From Luteimonas sp. (GTDB lineage: Bacteria > Pseudomonadota > Gammaproteobacteria > Xanthomonadales > Xanthomonadaceae), in contig DASZZT010000020.1 in NCBI GenBank assembly GCA_035543275.1, forward strand, positions 1 to 56,342: a stretch of DNA of 56,342 nt, in the 5' to 3' direction. Numbering within the stretch: position 1 is the first letter of the stretch; each line of letters begins with the position of its first letter. A model generated the notes under the pieces. That model worked only from the letters and a program-made list of their open reading frames with translations. It was not told where the DNA came from and did not search any database. Both the position numbers and the translations under genes were made by a program. Below are positions 27,288-39,592 of the stretch, piece after piece.

Positions 27288-28018
27288 CCCGTCTGCATGT
27301 CGAGGCCGCGTTGGCCGTCGGCGGCCGGATCGTGTTGCCCGAGTCTGTCGCGGGACATCTGCTGCGGGTGCTGCGCGCAGGCGTGGGCGATACGTGCGTG
27401 CTGTTCAACGGCGATGGCCGCGACTACGACGCGCGCATCGTCGCCATCGGCAAGCGCACTGCCGAGGTCGATATTGTTGCCGCGCGAGCGCTCGACAACG
27501 AGTCGCCGCTGCGCATCACCCTGCTGCAGGCGCTGGCGCGCGGCGACAAGATGGACTGGATCCTGCAAAAGGCCACCGAGCTCGGCGTCGTCGCGCTGGT
27601 ACCGGTGGAAAGCGAACGCAGCGAGGTGAAGCTGGATGGCGAGCGCGCGGGCAAGCGGGTCGCGCACTGGCACTCGGTGATCATCGCGGCATGCGAACAA
27701 AGCGGCCGCGCGAAGGTACCGGAGATGGCGTCACCGTGCCCGCTGGTGCTTGCGTTGCAGGCATTGCCGCCGGCCTCGAAGCGGCTGCTGCTCGATCCGG
27801 ATGCTGCGCACGGTCTGGGCGTTTGCGGCAACGACGGCGCCAACCTTGAACAGGTGCTGGCAATCGGGCCCGAAGGTGGCTGGTCGCCGCGCGACCTGGA
27901 TGCTTTGCGCGCGGCGGGATTTATCGGCATTCGCCTTGGGCGGCGGGTGTTGCGCACCGAAACCGCCGGGATCGCGGCAATCGCGGCGTTGCAGGCGCGC
28001 TTCGGCGATTTCGGCTAA
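27278..28018 (+). CDS. rsmE: 16S rRNA m3U1498 methyltransferase
   Basis: HLLRVLR, QKATELGV, ACEQSGR, IGPEGG, LGRRVLRTETA. Confidence 0.95.
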   Translation: MRLTRLHVEAALAVGGRIVLPESVAGHLLRVLRAGVGDTCVLFNGDGRDYDARIVAIGKRTAEVDIVAARALDNESPLRITLLQALARGDKMDWILQKATELGVVALVPVESERSEVKLDGERAGKRVAHWHSVIIAACEQSGRAKVPEMASPCPLVLALQALPPASKRLLLDPDAAHGLGVCGNDGANLEQVLAIGPEGGWSPRDLDALRAAGFIGIRLGRRVLRTETAGIAAIAALQARFGDFG

Positions 28019-28031
28019 GGAGGCTTGCGAA

Positions 28032-28502
28032 CTAGGCGGCAGCCGCGAGGGCGTCGCCGATCAGGCGCTCCACGTCTTCCAGGTCCGGCAGCACCGCAGC
28101 ATCTTCGTTGAGCATGATATTCGCGCGGACTCCGGCCGGCAACGCGGCATCACTGTCCTGGGCAACCAATGCATCGCGCGAAACCGTGACCAGGCGCGGG
28201 AAGCCCTGCGTCAGCAAGGCGAAGAACGGCGCTTTGGCGTCGCCGCCGAGCGCCTTGAGCACGACCACCTTGCTGCCCAGGCCGCCTTTTTCATCGGCGA
28301 TGCCGGCCAGCCGCGCGAATGCGACCAGTGGCACCTGCCAGCCGCGCCAGCGGATGCGGCCGAGCAGCCAGTCCGGCGCGTCGGCAACGGGCTCCGGGGC
28401 GGCGAAGGAAAGTACTTCGGCGATGGTGGCGTTGGGCAGCAGCAGGCGCGTACCGGCGACCTGGATCAGGACCCCACGGATGTCTTGGGTTGTGGTGCTC
28501 AT
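28032..28502 (-). CDS. chpC: CheW-like protein ChpC
   Basis: LLLPNATIAEV, WLLGRIRWRGWQVPLV; last gene of the pil-chp cluster. Confidence 0.88.
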   Translation of the reverse strand: MSTTTQDIRGVLIQVAGTRLLLPNATIAEVLSFAAPEPVADAPDWLLGRIRWRGWQVPLVAFARLAGIADEKGGLGSKVVVLKALGGDAKAPFFALLTQGFPRLVTVSRDALVAQDSDAALPAGVRANIMLNEDAAVLPDLEDVERLIGDALAAAA

Positions 28503-28521
28503 CGATTCGTACTCATCGAGA

Positions 28522-29718
28522 TCAATCCTTCAGCGAAAGCCAGCGCGTTGAAAGCCGTTTCGCCAGGTCCTTGGGCGCACCGGACTCGCCGCCCCTGGCG
28601 ATCAAGGCAGCCGAAGCGGTGCCATCGAAACATTCGTCGGGTGTCTGCCCGGCCACCAGAGCGCCGTTCCATGATTGCGACATCACCTCGTCAACCATGG
28701 CTGGATCGCCCCCGCTCAACATCAGGATCGCGCTGTCAGGTGCGGATAATCCCGCCAATGCGGGCACCGGCGACTCCGTGGTCTCGAACCGGGTTTTGCC
28801 GTCGCACAATGCGGTGGTGATCCCGTCCGGCAGGATGTAGACGCATCCGGGAAGCATCGCCTCGCCGGCCTGTGCGAGCTCCACGGGCATGCCGGTCGCG
28901 CGTTGCATCTGCCGCACCAGCCGGTCGTGGCGGCCGCCGTCCAGGCGTTGCCGGATCAAGATCGGACGCGGGAATCCGGGTGGAATCGCGGCCAGAAACT
29001 GGCGCACCGCATCCGGCCCCCCGACCCCGGCGAGCACGACGACTGCGCCGGGCTGTTCGCCTGCCGGTCCGCGTGTGTCGAGTTTCAGCTCCAGTGCGGA
29101 CGTGCGAACACTGATGTCATCCATGTCGCGCCGGAAGCGATCGGTGACGACCGCGTCATCCGCTTCTGGCTGTACCGGTTCGGCCGGGATCGCTTCGCGC
29201 AGCAACTGGTCAAGATCCAGTACGGCGTCCGGGGCGAAGTCCCGCAACTCCGTCGCCGCTTGCGACATGGCTTCGCCATCGAAGCTGCCGATGGCCCAGT
29301 CGCTTTCCGGCCGCTGGTACAGGTCCAGCGGCGCCGGTTGCAGGTCGAAGGCGGGCTCGCTCTCGGTACCGGGCGGCAGCACGTCGCCGTGGCGATTGAG
29401 CTTGGCGGCGAGATGGCGGACCCAGCGCGCTGCATCCCAGCCTTCGCGTTTCGCGGCCAGCTCCGCCTCGTCAAAGATCACCGTGATCGCCGGATCACCC
29501 AGCACCGCGTCGAAGCGGTCGAGCGCGTCCTCGATACTCGGCTCCAGCGCAATCAGGATCGCCTGCGCCCCGGCCGTGCGCACGCCGCCAGCATCGATCT
29601 GGTTCGGATCGGCGACCAGCACGATGTCGGCGCCGGCCTCCCGCAGCGCCGCCTGCAGGCGATCACAGGCGTTGCCCGGACGCGCCAGCAGTGCGACCCG
29701 CGTGGCGGGTTCAGCCAT
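28522..29718 (-). CDS. chpB: CheB-like protein ChpB with degenerate active site
   Basis: Receiver-like N-terminus and CheB-like C-terminus ([21 protein letters not shown]). Confidence 0.82.
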   Translation of the reverse strand: MAEPATRVALLARPGNACDRLQAALREAGADIVLVADPNQIDAGGVRTAGAQAILIALEPSIEDALDRFDAVLGDPAITVIFDEAELAAKREGWDAARWVRHLAAKLNRHGDVLPPGTESEPAFDLQPAPLDLYQRPESDWAIGSFDGEAMSQAATELRDFAPDAVLDLDQLLREAIPAEPVQPEADDAVVTDRFRRDMDDISVRTSALELKLDTRGPAGEQPGAVVVLAGVGGPDAVRQFLAAIPPGFPRPILIRQRLDGGRHDRLVRQMQRATGMPVELAQAGEAMLPGCVYILPDGITTALCDGKTRFETTESPVPALAGLSAPDSAILMLSGGDPAMVDEVMSQSWNGALVAGQTPDECFDGTASAALIARGGESGAPKDLAKRLSTRWLSLKD

Positions 29719-32700
29719 TGTCGGCCAGCTCATTGTCGGCCAGCTCATTGTCGGCCGGCTCTTGGTCGGCCGGCTCTCGATCGGCTTGTTCCTGTGCCAG
29801 CAACTCGAACACGTTGCGCAGCAGTTCGTGCTCCTGATAGGGCTTTCCGAGGTAACGCTGCACACCGATCTCGAACGCACGCTGGCGATGCTTCTCGCCG
29901 GTGCGCGAGGTGATCATGATGATCGGCACGTCGCGCAGGCGCGGATCGGCTTTCATCTGCGTCGCCAGTTCGTAGCCGTCCATGCGCGGCATCTCGATGT
30001 CCAGCAGCATCAGGTCCGGCACGCGATCGACCATGCGTTCGAGCGCGTCGATGCCGTCCTTCGCAGTGCCGACCTCGAAGTTGTGACGCTCCAGCACGCG
30101 GCCGGTGACCTTGCGCATCGTCACCGAATCGTCGACCACCATCACCAGCGGCACCTTGCGTGCCTCCACCACCGGCGCCGGCGCGAAGTCGCGCGGGAGC
30201 GTGGCCTGGCGGCGCACCAGCGGCGCGACGTCGAGGATGACCACCACGCGGCCGTCACCCATGATGGTGGCGCCGAAGATGCCGGGCACCGAGGCCACCT
30301 GCGGACCGACCGGCTTGACCACGATCTCGCGACTGCCGATCACCTGGTCGATGCTGACCGCCGCGCGCAGGTCACCGGCGCGGATCAGCAGCAGCGGCAT
30401 CTGCAGCTGGCCCTCGGCCTTGGCCGGCGCGTGGCCGAGCAGCAGTCCGAGGTCGTGCAGCGCGTAGTCTTCACCGCCATAGCGGTAACTCGCGTCCGGC
30501 TTTTCGAGATCGCTGCGGTCGATGCGGGCGACGCCGCGCACCGAGGCGATCGGCACGGCGAAGCTGGTGTCACCAATGCGCACGAACACCGCCTGCGTCA
30601 CCGCCAGCGTCTGCGGCAGGCGCAAGGTGAAGGTGGTGCCTTCGCCGGCGTGCGAGGCGATGTCGAGCGTGCCGCCGAGCTGGCGCACTTCGCTGGCGAC
30701 CACGTCCATGCCGACGCCGCGGCCGGCCACCCGGCTGACCTCGTCGGCGGTGGAGAAGCCGGGCTCCATGATCAGCGCATCGAGCGCACTGTCGGCAAGA
30801 CGCGCGTCTTCGCGAAGAAGGCCACGTTCCACGGCGCGCTTGTGAATCGCCTTGCGGTTGAGGCCAGCGCCATCGTCGCCGACTTCCAGCACCACTTCCG
30901 AACCTTCGCGGCGCACGGTGATCCGCACCGTGCCTTCTTCGGGCTTGTTCGCCTTGAGCCGCTGCTCGGGGGTTTCCAGCCCGTGCGCGACGGCGTTGCG
31001 CAACATGTGTTCCAGCGGCGCGGTCATCCGCTCGAGCACGTTGCGGTCGAGTTCGCCCTGGGCGCCGTCGAGCTTCAGCTGCACCTGCTTGCCGGTATCG
31101 GTCGCAGCCTGGCGCAGCACACGGCGCAAGCGCGGTACCAGCGCATCGAACGGCACCATGCGCGTGCGCATCAGGCCTTGCTGCAGGTCCGAGCTGACGC
31201 GCGACTGCTGCAGCAGCAAGGTTTCGTACTGGCTGGTGAGGTCGTCCATCGACCCCTGCAGCGAGGTCAGGTCGGCGGCGGACTCGGCCAGCGCGCGCGA
31301 GAGCTGCTGCAGGGTGGAGAAGCGGTCGAGTTCCAGCGGATCGAAGGTCTCGTCGGCATTCTCGTTCTCGCGCTGGTAGCGCGCGATGATCTGCGCTTCG
31401 GTCTCGCTGTCCAGGCGCCGCAGCTGGTCGCGCAGACGCGCATTGGTCTGCTCCATCTCGACCACCGCGCTGCGGAACGCACCCAGCTGCTGCTCCAGGC
31501 GGGCGCGATAGATCGCGACCTCGCCGGCGTAGTTGACCAGCCGGTCGAGCAGGTCGGCGCGGATGCGCACCTGCTCCTGCGGTGCGCGGACGCTGATATC
31601 GTCCTCGTCGCCGGCTCGCGATTCGCTGATCGGCGCCGACAGCGGCTTGAGGTCGGCCGGCTTGCGATCAACGCGCGGCGCCGGTACCGGCGCGGCAAGG
31701 CCCCTGCGTTCGCGCGCGACGATGGTTTCGCCGCGCACCCGCGCTTCGAACTCGGCGATCAGCTGCGACGGCAACCCGACCGCACGGCGCGCGCCGACCC
31801 GGGTGACCATCGCATGCAGGCGGTCGAAGCCGCGCTCCAGCAATGGCACGCCATCGCGGCCGAGCTCGCTGCGCTGTTCAACCACCGCTTCCAGCAGCGA
31901 TTCCATGACATGGCCGAGTTCACCCACGGCCATGATGCCGGCCATGCGCGCGCCACCTTTCAGCGTATGCAGGTCACGCTGCAGGCCGACCAGCGGCTCG
32001 CGTTCGCCCGGATGCTGGCGCAATTGCGCGAGCAGGCCGTCGGAATGATCGAGCAGGTCGACGCTTTCCTCGACGAAGATGTCGACGAGTTCCGCATCCA
32101 TGCCGGTGAGATCCAGCGCTTCGTCCGGGTCCTCGGCGGAAGCTCGCGCCTGGGCGAGCAGTTGTTCGACCACCGGCGACATCGCTGCTGGAGCTTCGGC
32201 GCGCTCGGCTTCGACGCGTTCGGTTTGGGCACGTTCGGCTTCGGCACGCTCGGTCTCGATGCGTTCGGCTTCGGCCTGTTCGGCTCGGAGTTTCTGCTCG
32301 CGGGCGAGGCGGTCCTGTTCGGCGTATTCGACTTCCAGGCGCTCGTATTCGACCCGCTCTTCCTCCTCGATCCGGGCAGCTTCGAGGTGTTCGGCTTCGA
32401 CGCGCTCGGCTTCGATGCGTTCGGCTTCGACGCGCTCGGCTTCGACGCGCTCGGCTTCGACGCGCTCGGCTTCGATGCGTTCGGCTTCGATGCGTTCGGC
32501 TTCGATGCGTTCGGCTTCGATGCGTCCGGCTTCGATGCGTTCGGCTTCGACGCGCTCGGTCTCGATGCGTTCGGCTTCGGCACGTTCGGCTTCGGCCTGT
32601 TCGGCTCGGAGCTTCTGCTCGCGGGCGAGGCGATCCTGTTCGGCGTATTCGACTTCCAGGCGCTCGTATTCGACCCGCTCTTCCTCCTCGATCCGGGCAG

Positions 32701-35700
32701 CTTCGACGCGCCCGGCTTCGAGACGTTCGGCTTCGGCATTGTCGTCGGTCAGCGACGGCGCGACCTCGACCGGTGTTGCGTCGGTGAGCGATTCGGCCAG
32801 ATCGCCGTAAGCCGTGAGATCGAACGCGGCGAGTTCCTCCGCCAACGCATCAGGCTTCGAGGCCTGTTCGAACGGCGACGCTGGAAATGCGGTCTCGTCG
32901 ACGGGCAGTCTGGCGTCCGGCAGGCTGTCACGCAGGGTAGTCAGCCGTGCCGCCAGCGCACTGCAGCGCGGCACGCGCGGCGCCGGCGTCTGCAGCGCCG
33001 CTACCGTCGCACGCGCGGCATCGGCGAGTTGTGCCAGCGCATCAACGCCATCCGACGTCGCTTCAATGCGCGCAGCCAACAGGCGCTTGACGTAGGCTTC
33101 GGCCGGCGTCATCGCATCGGTGATCGACGGCACTTCGGTCATCGCGAAGGCGCCGTTCATGGTGTGGATGGCGCGCAACAAGGCGTCATCAACCAAGGTC
33201 GGAGTCGCGCGCGCGCCAGCGATCCAGCGATCGACCGTGGCCAAGTGGCCACCCACCTCGGCATCAAGGATCTCCAGCAGCAGCGGATCGACCCTGGCCG
33301 GAATGCCGTCGTCGACAGGCTCGACGGTTGCCGTTGCAGCCTCGACCAAGGGCTCTTCCGCGAAGATGCCGCTGACTTCCTCCGCAATGGCAGCTTCGTC
33401 AACCGCGGGTACGCTGTGGGGCGCGGTGTAGAACGCCTCCTCGCCGGCGGCGACGCGATCGGCAAGCGCCTGCATCCCCTCCAGGTCGGTGCTGATGCCG
33501 CCCTCGCCGCGCAAGGCAGCATGCAGTTGCGGCAAGGTGTAGAAGGCCTGGTCGACCATCGCCACCACCGCCGGGCTGGCCGGTCGCGTGTTGTCGAGCA
33601 CGCGGTTGAGCATGTTCTCGACCTTCCAGGCGAACTCGCCGAGGGTCCTGGCGCCGACCAGGCGGCCACTGCCCTTGAGCGTGTGGAACACGCGCCGGAT
33701 CGGACGCAGGCGTTCGAGTTCGGCCGGGGCCGCACGCCACGGCGGTAGCCACTGGTCGAGGTTGCCGATCTCCTCCTCGAACTCCTCGAGGAAGACCTCG
33801 CGGATCTCGTCGTCGATCTCGTCGCCGGTGACCTCGAAGCCTCCGACGCTGCCGGTCCCGACCGGCGCGGGTGGCTGGAGCGACGCAGCCGGTGTCGGTT
33901 CGACCGCGAGCGGCGGCGTGATTTCGGGCAGCTGCAGCGCAGCGGTCTCGTCGACGGGCGCAAGATCGGCAGCGGCTTCGACCGCCGTCCCGGCCTGCGC
34001 AATCCGCGTCTGCGCCGGCGCCGGAACAGGCGTCGGCTCGAGCGCCGGCAGCGGCCAGTAGCCGAGCGTTTCCAGGCTGTTGCGGGCGATGTCGAGGATG
34101 TCGTCGCGATTGGGGCGCTGCTCGCGCAGCGCTTCCAGGTAGTACTCGATGCTGGCCAGTGCATCGGCCAGGGTGTCGAGCTGGCGACCGTTTGGCACAC
34201 GGTGGCGCGCGATCAGCTCGCGCTCGGAATACAGCCGGATGCCGGACAGATAGTTCGCCGGCAACGGCAGCTCCAGCATCTGCAACGCGCCGGACACCTC
34301 CAGCAGCAGGCGCGGCACTTCCGCCAGTTCGGCATGGTCCCAGTTGGTCTCGACGAAGGCGACGAAGGCCTGGCGCGCGTCGGCGAAGTTCGCGATCGCC
34401 TCGCGCACCAGCACGTCGAGCACCTTGCGCGACTCGCTGGCGAGGGCATCGTCGTCCGCCCCCTCGTCCGGGCCGCCGATGCGGGCAACCTGCTCGTCGA
34501 GCGAGGCGTCGACATAGAGCAACGCGCCGGCGATGTCGAGCAGCGCGCCCTCGTCGCCACCACGGTCGCCGACGACGATCGCGCGCAGGGCTTCGCGCTG
34601 CTGCTGCACGACGTTGCGGGCCACGCCCAAGCCGAGCATACCGAGGGTGTCGGCGACGCGACCGAGCGCCTCGACCTGCGGCTGCAGGCCGGACACGTCG
34701 CTCTGGCCGGAGCGCAGGTGCAGGTCGAGCGCGTCCTTGATCCGCAGCATATCTTCCTTGATCGCAGCCGACACGGTATCGAGCAGCGCCCGGTTGTGGC
34801 CGCTGAGGCTGCCGCGGGCGTGGGCGAGTTCCGACTCGCTGGGACCCTGCCCGGAGAGATCGAAGGTGTCGCGCAGATCCTGCAACGCAACGTGTTCGCC
34901 ATCGGCATGGGCGACGTGATAGAGCAGCTGGCGGGTCGGCTCGAGCGCAGCGTCGGCGCGCGGCAGACCGAAGCCATTGTTCTCGAACAGGTGCCGCGCC
35001 TCGCGTTCGACGCTGGCAAAGGCCTGGCGCAACGCCGGTGTCGGCGGCAATGCACCGTCGCGCAATGCGCCCGCCACCGACGAAGCGACCCACAGCATGC
35101 GGCGGTCGGCTTCCTCGACCGCCTGCGCCAGCAGACCATCGATCGCGGCGGCAATCGCGGCGGCGCTGGCGGGCGCGCCGTTCTCGGGCCAGGCCGACAA
35201 CGCGTCTTGCAGCTGCGCCAGCAACGGCGTCGCCGTGGCCTCCCGTACCTGGCGCGAATCATCACTGGCGGCCGTCAGCGCCGCCGTCGGCAGCGGCCGA
35301 TGCAGGTCCGGCGCGAACAACACGCTCTCGCTGAGCCCGGGCTCGCCGCGTGCGGCGCGCAGCTCGTTGAGCAGCGGCAGCAGCACGATCGGAATGTCCT
35401 TGTGCCCGCCCTGCAGACGTTCCAGGTAATCGGGTAGCAACACCACGCCGCGCATCAGCGTCGCGCAGGCCTCGTCGCGCTCGCGCGCCTGGCCCGCCTG
35501 CAACGCTTGCGCGAGTTGCTCCATTTCCTCGGCGACCATCGCCGGCGCATACAGCTCGACCATGCGCAACGTGCCCTGCACCTGATGCAGGTAGCTGGCG
35601 CAGAAACGCATGCGGCTGCTGTCGGAAGGGTCGTCGGCGAACGCCTCGATTTCCATCCGCGCCTGGCGCAGGGTTTCGTCGAGCTCGGGCTTGATCCAGC

Positions 35701-35743
35701 CCAGCGCGGTGTAGTCGATCGCGTCGCGTAGTGCCGTCGTCAT
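29711..35743 (-). CDS. chpA: Pil-Chp histidine kinase ChpA/PilL (2010 aa)
   Basis: Several Hpt domains (FHTLKGS, LHTLKGG), [10 protein letters not shown] HATPase, CheW and C-terminal receiver ([11 protein letters not shown]). Confidence 0.95.
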   Translation of the reverse strand: MTTALRDAIDYTALGWIKPELDETLRQARMEIEAFADDPSDSSRMRFCASYLHQVQGTLRMVELYAPAMVAEEMEQLAQALQAGQARERDEACATLMRGVVLLPDYLERLQGGHKDIPIVLLPLLNELRAARGEPGLSESVLFAPDLHRPLPTAALTAASDDSRQVREATATPLLAQLQDALSAWPENGAPASAAAIAAAIDGLLAQAVEEADRRMLWVASSVAGALRDGALPPTPALRQAFASVEREARHLFENNGFGLPRADAALEPTRQLLYHVAHADGEHVALQDLRDTFDLSGQGPSESELAHARGSLSGHNRALLDTVSAAIKEDMLRIKDALDLHLRSGQSDVSGLQPQVEALGRVADTLGMLGLGVARNVVQQQREALRAIVVGDRGGDEGALLDIAGALLYVDASLDEQVARIGGPDEGADDDALASESRKVLDVLVREAIANFADARQAFVAFVETNWDHAELAEVPRLLLEVSGALQMLELPLPANYLSGIRLYSERELIARHRVPNGRQLDTLADALASIEYYLEALREQRPNRDDILDIARNSLETLGYWPLPALEPTPVPAPAQTRIAQAGTAVEAAADLAPVDETAALQLPEITPPLAVEPTPAASLQPPAPVGTGSVGGFEVTGDEIDDEIREVFLEEFEEEIGNLDQWLPPWRAAPAELERLRPIRRVFHTLKGSGRLVGARTLGEFAWKVENMLNRVLDNTRPASPAVVAMVDQAFYTLPQLHAALRGEGGISTDLEGMQALADRVAAGEEAFYTAPHSVPAVDEAAIAEEVSGIFAEEPLVEAATATVEPVDDGIPARVDPLLLEILDAEVGGHLATVDRWIAGARATPTLVDDALLRAIHTMNGAFAMTEVPSITDAMTPAEAYVKRLLAARIEATSDGVDALAQLADAARATVAALQTPAPRVPRCSALAARLTTLRDSLPDARLPVDETAFPASPFEQASKPDALAEELAAFDLTAYGDLAESLTDATPVEVAPSLTDDNAEAERLEAGRVEAARIEEEERVEYERLEVEYAEQDRLAREQKLRAEQAEAERAEAERIETERVEAERIEAGRIEAERIEAERIEAERIEAERVEAERVEAERVEAERIEAERVEAEHLEAARIEEEERVEYERLEVEYAEQDRLAREQKLRAEQAEAERIETERAEAERAQTERVEAERAEAPAAMSPVVEQLLAQARASAEDPDEALDLTGMDAELVDIFVEESVDLLDHSDGLLAQLRQHPGEREPLVGLQRDLHTLKGGARMAGIMAVGELGHVMESLLEAVVEQRSELGRDGVPLLERGFDRLHAMVTRVGARRAVGLPSQLIAEFEARVRGETIVARERRGLAAPVPAPRVDRKPADLKPLSAPISESRAGDEDDISVRAPQEQVRIRADLLDRLVNYAGEVAIYRARLEQQLGAFRSAVVEMEQTNARLRDQLRRLDSETEAQIIARYQRENENADETFDPLELDRFSTLQQLSRALAESAADLTSLQGSMDDLTSQYETLLLQQSRVSSDLQQGLMRTRMVPFDALVPRLRRVLRQAATDTGKQVQLKLDGAQGELDRNVLERMTAPLEHMLRNAVAHGLETPEQRLKANKPEEGTVRITVRREGSEVVLEVGDDGAGLNRKAIHKRAVERGLLREDARLADSALDALIMEPGFSTADEVSRVAGRGVGMDVVASEVRQLGGTLDIASHAGEGTTFTLRLPQTLAVTQAVFVRIGDTSFAVPIASVRGVARIDRSDLEKPDASYRYGGEDYALHDLGLLLGHAPAKAEGQLQMPLLLIRAGDLRAAVSIDQVIGSREIVVKPVGPQVASVPGIFGATIMGDGRVVVILDVAPLVRRQATLPRDFAPAPVVEARKVPLVMVVDDSVTMRKVTGRVLERHNFEVGTAKDGIDALERMVDRVPDLMLLDIEMPRMDGYELATQMKADPRLRDVPIIMITSRTGEKHRQRAFEIGVQRYLGKPYQEHELLRNVFELLAQEQADREPADQEPADNELADNELADNG
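29716..29790. repeat. 5 x 15-bp tandem repeat at the chpA/chpB junction
   Basis: cattgtcggccagct-type units; encode ADNEL/ADQEP in chpA. Confidence 0.88.
32194..32740. repeat. 15-bp repeat array (EAERI/V) with a higher-order duplicated block inside chpA
   Basis: Many ttcgatgcgttcggc-type units; block [41 protein letters not shown] occurs twice. Confidence 0.92.
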
Positions 35744-35780
35744 CGCATGGCTCCGCGCGCCGCGGCGTGTGCGGCGAGGT

Positions 35781-35816
35781 GACCGGCAACTCGACCGGCA
35801 ACTCGACCGGCATTTC
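35781..35816. repeat. 3 x 12-bp tandem repeat in the pilJ-chpA spacer
   Basis: gaccggcaactc x2 plus gaccggcatttc. Confidence 0.8.
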
Positions 35817-35864
35817 GTCCAAATGCAGCGACGGTGATGTTCATCCTGGCGACGACCTTCGCGC

Positions 35865-37883
35865 TCAGGCCGGCAGCTTGAAGTCGGCGACCGAACGGCG
35901 CAGGTCGGCGGCCAGCTGCGCCAGGTTGCCGATCGACTCGGCGGTCTGGCTGGCGCCCTGCGAGGTCTGCGCGGTGATCGACTGGATCGTGTTCATCGTC
36001 TGGGTGATGTTCGAAGCCGCGGCCGACTGCTGTTGCGCGGCGCTGGAGATGCCCTGAATCAGGTCGGCGAGGTTCGTCGACACGCTTTCGATCTCGCCCA
36101 GCGCGGTACCCGCGTCCTCGGCCAGGCGTGCACCGGCGACCACTTCCGAGGTCGTCTGTTCCATCGAGCTGACCGCCTCGTTGGTATCGGCCTGAATCGT
36201 CTGCACCAGCGATTCGATGCGCTTGGTCGCGTTCGAGGAGCGCTCGGCGAGTCGCTGCACTTCGTCGGCCACGACCGCGAACCCGCGGCCTGCTTCACCG
36301 GCGGAGGCCGCCTGGATCGCCGCGTTCAGCGCCAGGATGTTGGTCTGCTCGGAAATGTCGTTGATCAGTTCGACGATCGAGCCGATTTCCTGCGAGCTTT
36401 CGCCCAGCCGCTTGATGCGCTTGGAGGTTTCCTGGATCTGGTCGCGGATCGAGTCCATGCCGGCGATCGTCTGCCGCACCACGTCGGCGCCGCTGGTCGC
36501 GATCCGCACCGAACGCTGCGCCACCTCGGCCGACTCGGCGGAGTTCTTCGATACCTGGTTGATGCTGGCCGCGATCTCGTTGATACGGTCGGAGGCCGAG
36601 CTGATCTCGTGCGCCTGGTGTTCGGCGGCCTCGGCCAGGTGCATCGCGGTGGCCTGCGTTTCCTGCGCGCTGGAAGCCACCTGCACCGAGGTGTCGGTGA
36701 TGGTCTGCACCAGGCTGCGCAGCTGCTCGACCGCGAAGTTGATCGAGTCCGCAATCGCGCCGGTCATGTCTTCTGTGACCGTCGCCTTCACCGTGAGGTC
36801 GCCTTCTGCCAGCGAACCCATCTCGTCCAGCAGGCGCATGATCGCCTCCTGGTTGCGGTTGTTGAGTTCCATCGTGGTTTCGTAACGACGGCGCTGGGCG
36901 CGGCTCAGGCTGAACAACAAGCCCGCGATCGACCCCAGCGCCAACGCACCGAAGATGATGCTGATCCAGATGTTGCCAAGAAAACTGGTGTCCTTGAGCG
37001 AGCCGAATGCGGTGAAAGCGCGGAACAGGTTCTCACTGTCGCCCAGCAGCTTGTCCGAGCCGTCGGTGATCGCCGCGGCAGAGGTCTGGGCGCGGAACAG
37101 GTTCTGCGAGGTGCCGAGGATGGCGTCGAGGTCCTTCTTCATCCCGGTCCACAGGGCGTTGGCCTGGTTCAGCGCGGCAACCGCTGCGGGGTTGGTCAGC
37201 TTCTGCACATTGGCCGCGCCGCCCTCGCGAAGGCCCTTCAGCACCTGCTCGAACACGCCGGTGTCGCGCGCGAGCGCATCGCCGGCGAGCGAGGCGCCGG
37301 GACCGCCGGCGCGGATTTCGGTGACCCGGCGGGCCATGGTTGCGGCCAGCACCAGCTGGCGTACGGCGATGTAGATCTGCGACGGCGGCGAGCCGCTGGC
37401 CGACATCGCACGCCCTACCTCGTCCAGCTGTGCCTGCAGCTGCGGCACGCGCTGGGTAAAGCTGTCGGCGTTGCCCGCAAGGCCGAGCACGGCCCGCTCA
37501 CTGGCGATCAGCTGGTCGGCACTCTTGCCCAGCGGAGTCCAGGCGTCGGTCACGGTCTTGATCGGGCCGGAGACGCCGGTGGTTTGACCGAAACGACCGT
37601 TCAGGGAGCTGATGTCGTTTTCGATCTGCGCCTTTGTAGCCTTGAACGCCGCAAACGATTCGGCGTTGCCGCCAACTGCTTCGCGGCCCTGGTTGGCCAG
37701 CCTCTGCGAATTCACCTGCAGGCTCGAGGCCGCGGTACTGGCGCCGCCGAGGCGTGCGGCCTTGGAGATCGAGTAGCCGGTGTTGGCGGCAAAGACGATC
37801 AACGATCCGACCAGCAATCCCAGCCAGGCGTTGGTGCCGACGTTGCGGCCCTTGCCAGCAGCGGTGTCCATCACAGTGCTCAT
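35865..37883 (-). CDS. pilJ: Methyl-accepting chemotaxis protein PilJ
   Basis: Two TMs, HAMP, signalling hairpin [30 protein letters not shown]. Confidence 0.95.
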   Translation of the reverse strand: MSTVMDTAAGKGRNVGTNAWLGLLVGSLIVFAANTGYSISKAARLGGASTAASSLQVNSQRLANQGREAVGGNAESFAAFKATKAQIENDISSLNGRFGQTTGVSGPIKTVTDAWTPLGKSADQLIASERAVLGLAGNADSFTQRVPQLQAQLDEVGRAMSASGSPPSQIYIAVRQLVLAATMARRVTEIRAGGPGASLAGDALARDTGVFEQVLKGLREGGAANVQKLTNPAAVAALNQANALWTGMKKDLDAILGTSQNLFRAQTSAAAITDGSDKLLGDSENLFRAFTAFGSLKDTSFLGNIWISIIFGALALGSIAGLLFSLSRAQRRRYETTMELNNRNQEAIMRLLDEMGSLAEGDLTVKATVTEDMTGAIADSINFAVEQLRSLVQTITDTSVQVASSAQETQATAMHLAEAAEHQAHEISSASDRINEIAASINQVSKNSAESAEVAQRSVRIATSGADVVRQTIAGMDSIRDQIQETSKRIKRLGESSQEIGSIVELINDISEQTNILALNAAIQAASAGEAGRGFAVVADEVQRLAERSSNATKRIESLVQTIQADTNEAVSSMEQTTSEVVAGARLAEDAGTALGEIESVSTNLADLIQGISSAAQQQSAAASNITQTMNTIQSITAQTSQGASQTAESIGNLAQLAADLRRSVADFKLPA

Positions 37884-37917
37884 GGTTCGACCTCGGTCTT
37901 CGGTTGCGATGCGCGGC

Positions 37918-38625
37918 TCAGGCCGCGGCTTGTCTGAATTCGGGTGTGCGGGCCAGCCGTTCCAGGCTGAAGATGCCCCAGGAATCGTCAGCCAGGCGGT
38001 AGGCCCGGTCGATGAAGTGCGCGTAACGTCCCTCGGTCAGCGCGCTCTCGGTCAGCGTGTCCGCGGGGATCTGCTGCTCATCGACGAAGCTGCGCTGGCC
38101 GAACAGCTCGTCGATCGTCACCGCGACGTCGCCACCGGACTGGCGCACGACCATCACGCGCTGGCTTTCGTGCAGCACCGTGCGTTCGCCTTCCAGGAAC
38201 TGCTTGAGGTCGACGATCGGCAGCAGATTGCCGCGGATGTTGGCCACGCCGAGCATCCACGGTTGCGCGCCCGGAACCGGCGTCACCTGCGGCATCGGCA
38301 GGATCTCGACCACCTCGTCGAAGCCTGCGGCCAGCCGTTTTTGGCCGATGCGGAAACCCACGCCACGCCACAGGCCGGGCGCGTTGAGCTGCTCCGGCAG
38401 GCCGGCGACGTGCGCCAGGCTGCGCTGCTCGTAGTCGGCAAGGATTTCGAACGGGTCGGCGCTTGCGGCACTGCGCATGCGCGAGTTTCCAGCCACATGC
38501 CGCTCGACAGCCGCCATTTCCGCCACAGGATCGCCGGCGGGCACCGGTTCGACCATGGGCGTTGCGACCGTCGCCGGCGCGACCGCCGGTCGCCGGGCGT
38601 CTCCCGGTTTGCGACGCTTGGCCAT
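37918..38625 (-). CDS. pilI: CheW-like PilI
   Basis: [37 protein letters not shown]; start is 38625 (TGATG overlap with pilH) or 38478. Confidence 0.9.
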   Translation of the reverse strand: MAKRRKPGDARRPAVAPATVATPMVEPVPAGDPVAEMAAVERHVAGNSRMRSAASADPFEILADYEQRSLAHVAGLPEQLNAPGLWRGVGFRIGQKRLAAGFDEVVEILPMPQVTPVPGAQPWMLGVANIRGNLLPIVDLKQFLEGERTVLHESQRVMVVRQSGGDVAVTIDELFGQRSFVDEQQIPADTLTESALTEGRYAHFIDRAYRLADDSWGIFSLERLARTPEFRQAAA

Positions 38626-38990
38626 CAGGCGCCCAGCAGTTCGTTGATGCGGCCGATCAGCGCATCCTCGTTCGGCGGCTTGACGATGTAGTCCTTGGCG
38701 CCCTGGCGCAGGCCCCAGGCACGGTCGGTCTCCATGCCCTTGGTGCTGACGATCAGCACCGGGATCGCACTGGTGGCGCCGTCGCGCGACAGCGCGCGGG
38801 TGGCCTGGAAGCCGTTCATGCCGGGCAGGACCAAATCCATCAACACCAGGTCCGGCAGCTCGCGCTTGCACATTTCGATGCCGTCCTCGGCGCTGCCCGA
38901 TGACAGCACCTGGTGGCCGTTGCGCTCCAGCAGTTGGGTGAGTACCGCCGTGTCGGTCGGCGAGTCCTCGATCAGGAGAATGCGTGCCAT
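38625..38990 (-). CDS. pilH: Response regulator PilH
   Basis: ILLIEDSPT, MDLVLPGMNGFQATR, WGLRQGAKDY. Confidence 0.93.
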   Translation of the reverse strand: MARILLIEDSPTDTAVLTQLLERNGHQVLSSGSAEDGIEMCKRELPDLVLMDLVLPGMNGFQATRALSRDGATSAIPVLIVSTKGMETDRAWGLRQGAKDYIVKPPNEDALIGRINELLGA

Positions 38991-39009
38991 ATGATGCCTT
39001 ACCCCCAGG

Positions 39010-39411
39010 TCAGGCGGTGACGTGCTTGCGGATCGCGTCGAGGAGTTCCTCGCGCGTGAATGGCTTGGTGACGTACTGCTCGGAACCGACGATGCGGCCG
39101 CGGGCCTTGTCGAAAAGGCCGTCCTTGGACGACAGCATGATCACCGGCGTCGATTTGAAGATCTGGTTGTTCTTGATCAATGCGCAGGTCTGATAGCCAT
39201 CCAGCCGCGGCATCATGATGTCGACGAAGATGATCTGCGGCTTGTGGTCGGCGATCTTGGCCAGCGCCTCGAAACCGTCGGTCGCCGTCACCACATCCGC
39301 GCCCTCGCGCTTGAGCAGCGTCTCGGCCGTGCGGCGGATCGTCTTGGAATCGTCGATCACCATCACGCGAAGGCCGTTGAGGCTGCCGGCGCGACTAACG
39401 TCTGACGTCAT
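39010..39411 (-). CDS. pilG: Response regulator PilG
   Basis: VMVIDDSKTIRRTAETLL, LSSKDGLFDKARGRIVGS. Confidence 0.96.
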   Translation of the reverse strand: MTSDVSRAGSLNGLRVMVIDDSKTIRRTAETLLKREGADVVTATDGFEALAKIADHKPQIIFVDIMMPRLDGYQTCALIKNNQIFKSTPVIMLSSKDGLFDKARGRIVGSEQYVTKPFTREELLDAIRKHVTA

Positions 39412-39592
39412 TGCTGCTCCCCTGTGCGCGACGCATCGTGATTGCCGGCGTCGCTACGAACCTCCTGTATCCCAGTCCGCGGCGGCACTGTCAAGTTTCC
39501 GTTGGCCGCTGCCGGTAACTGAGCCCGTTCACACAATCTGCGCCAGCGATCGCCCTGCTACCATTCGTCGGATTCTGCCGCGGATGAGTCGC

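Noticed and set aside
32194-32740. Possible CRISPR array
   Set aside because: Head-to-tail 15-bp coding repeats with no unique spacers and no cas genes.
28889-33748. 1619-aa plus-strand ORF with FDAFG repeats
   Set aside because: Antisense shadow of chpA/chpB; the repeats are the reverse complement of the EAERI array and there are no recognisable domains.
35262-35822. ORF beginning [14 protein letters not shown] in the pilJ-chpA gap as a pilK remnant
   Set aside because: No CheR-like motifs; it arises from a 12-bp repeat and runs out of frame over chpA.
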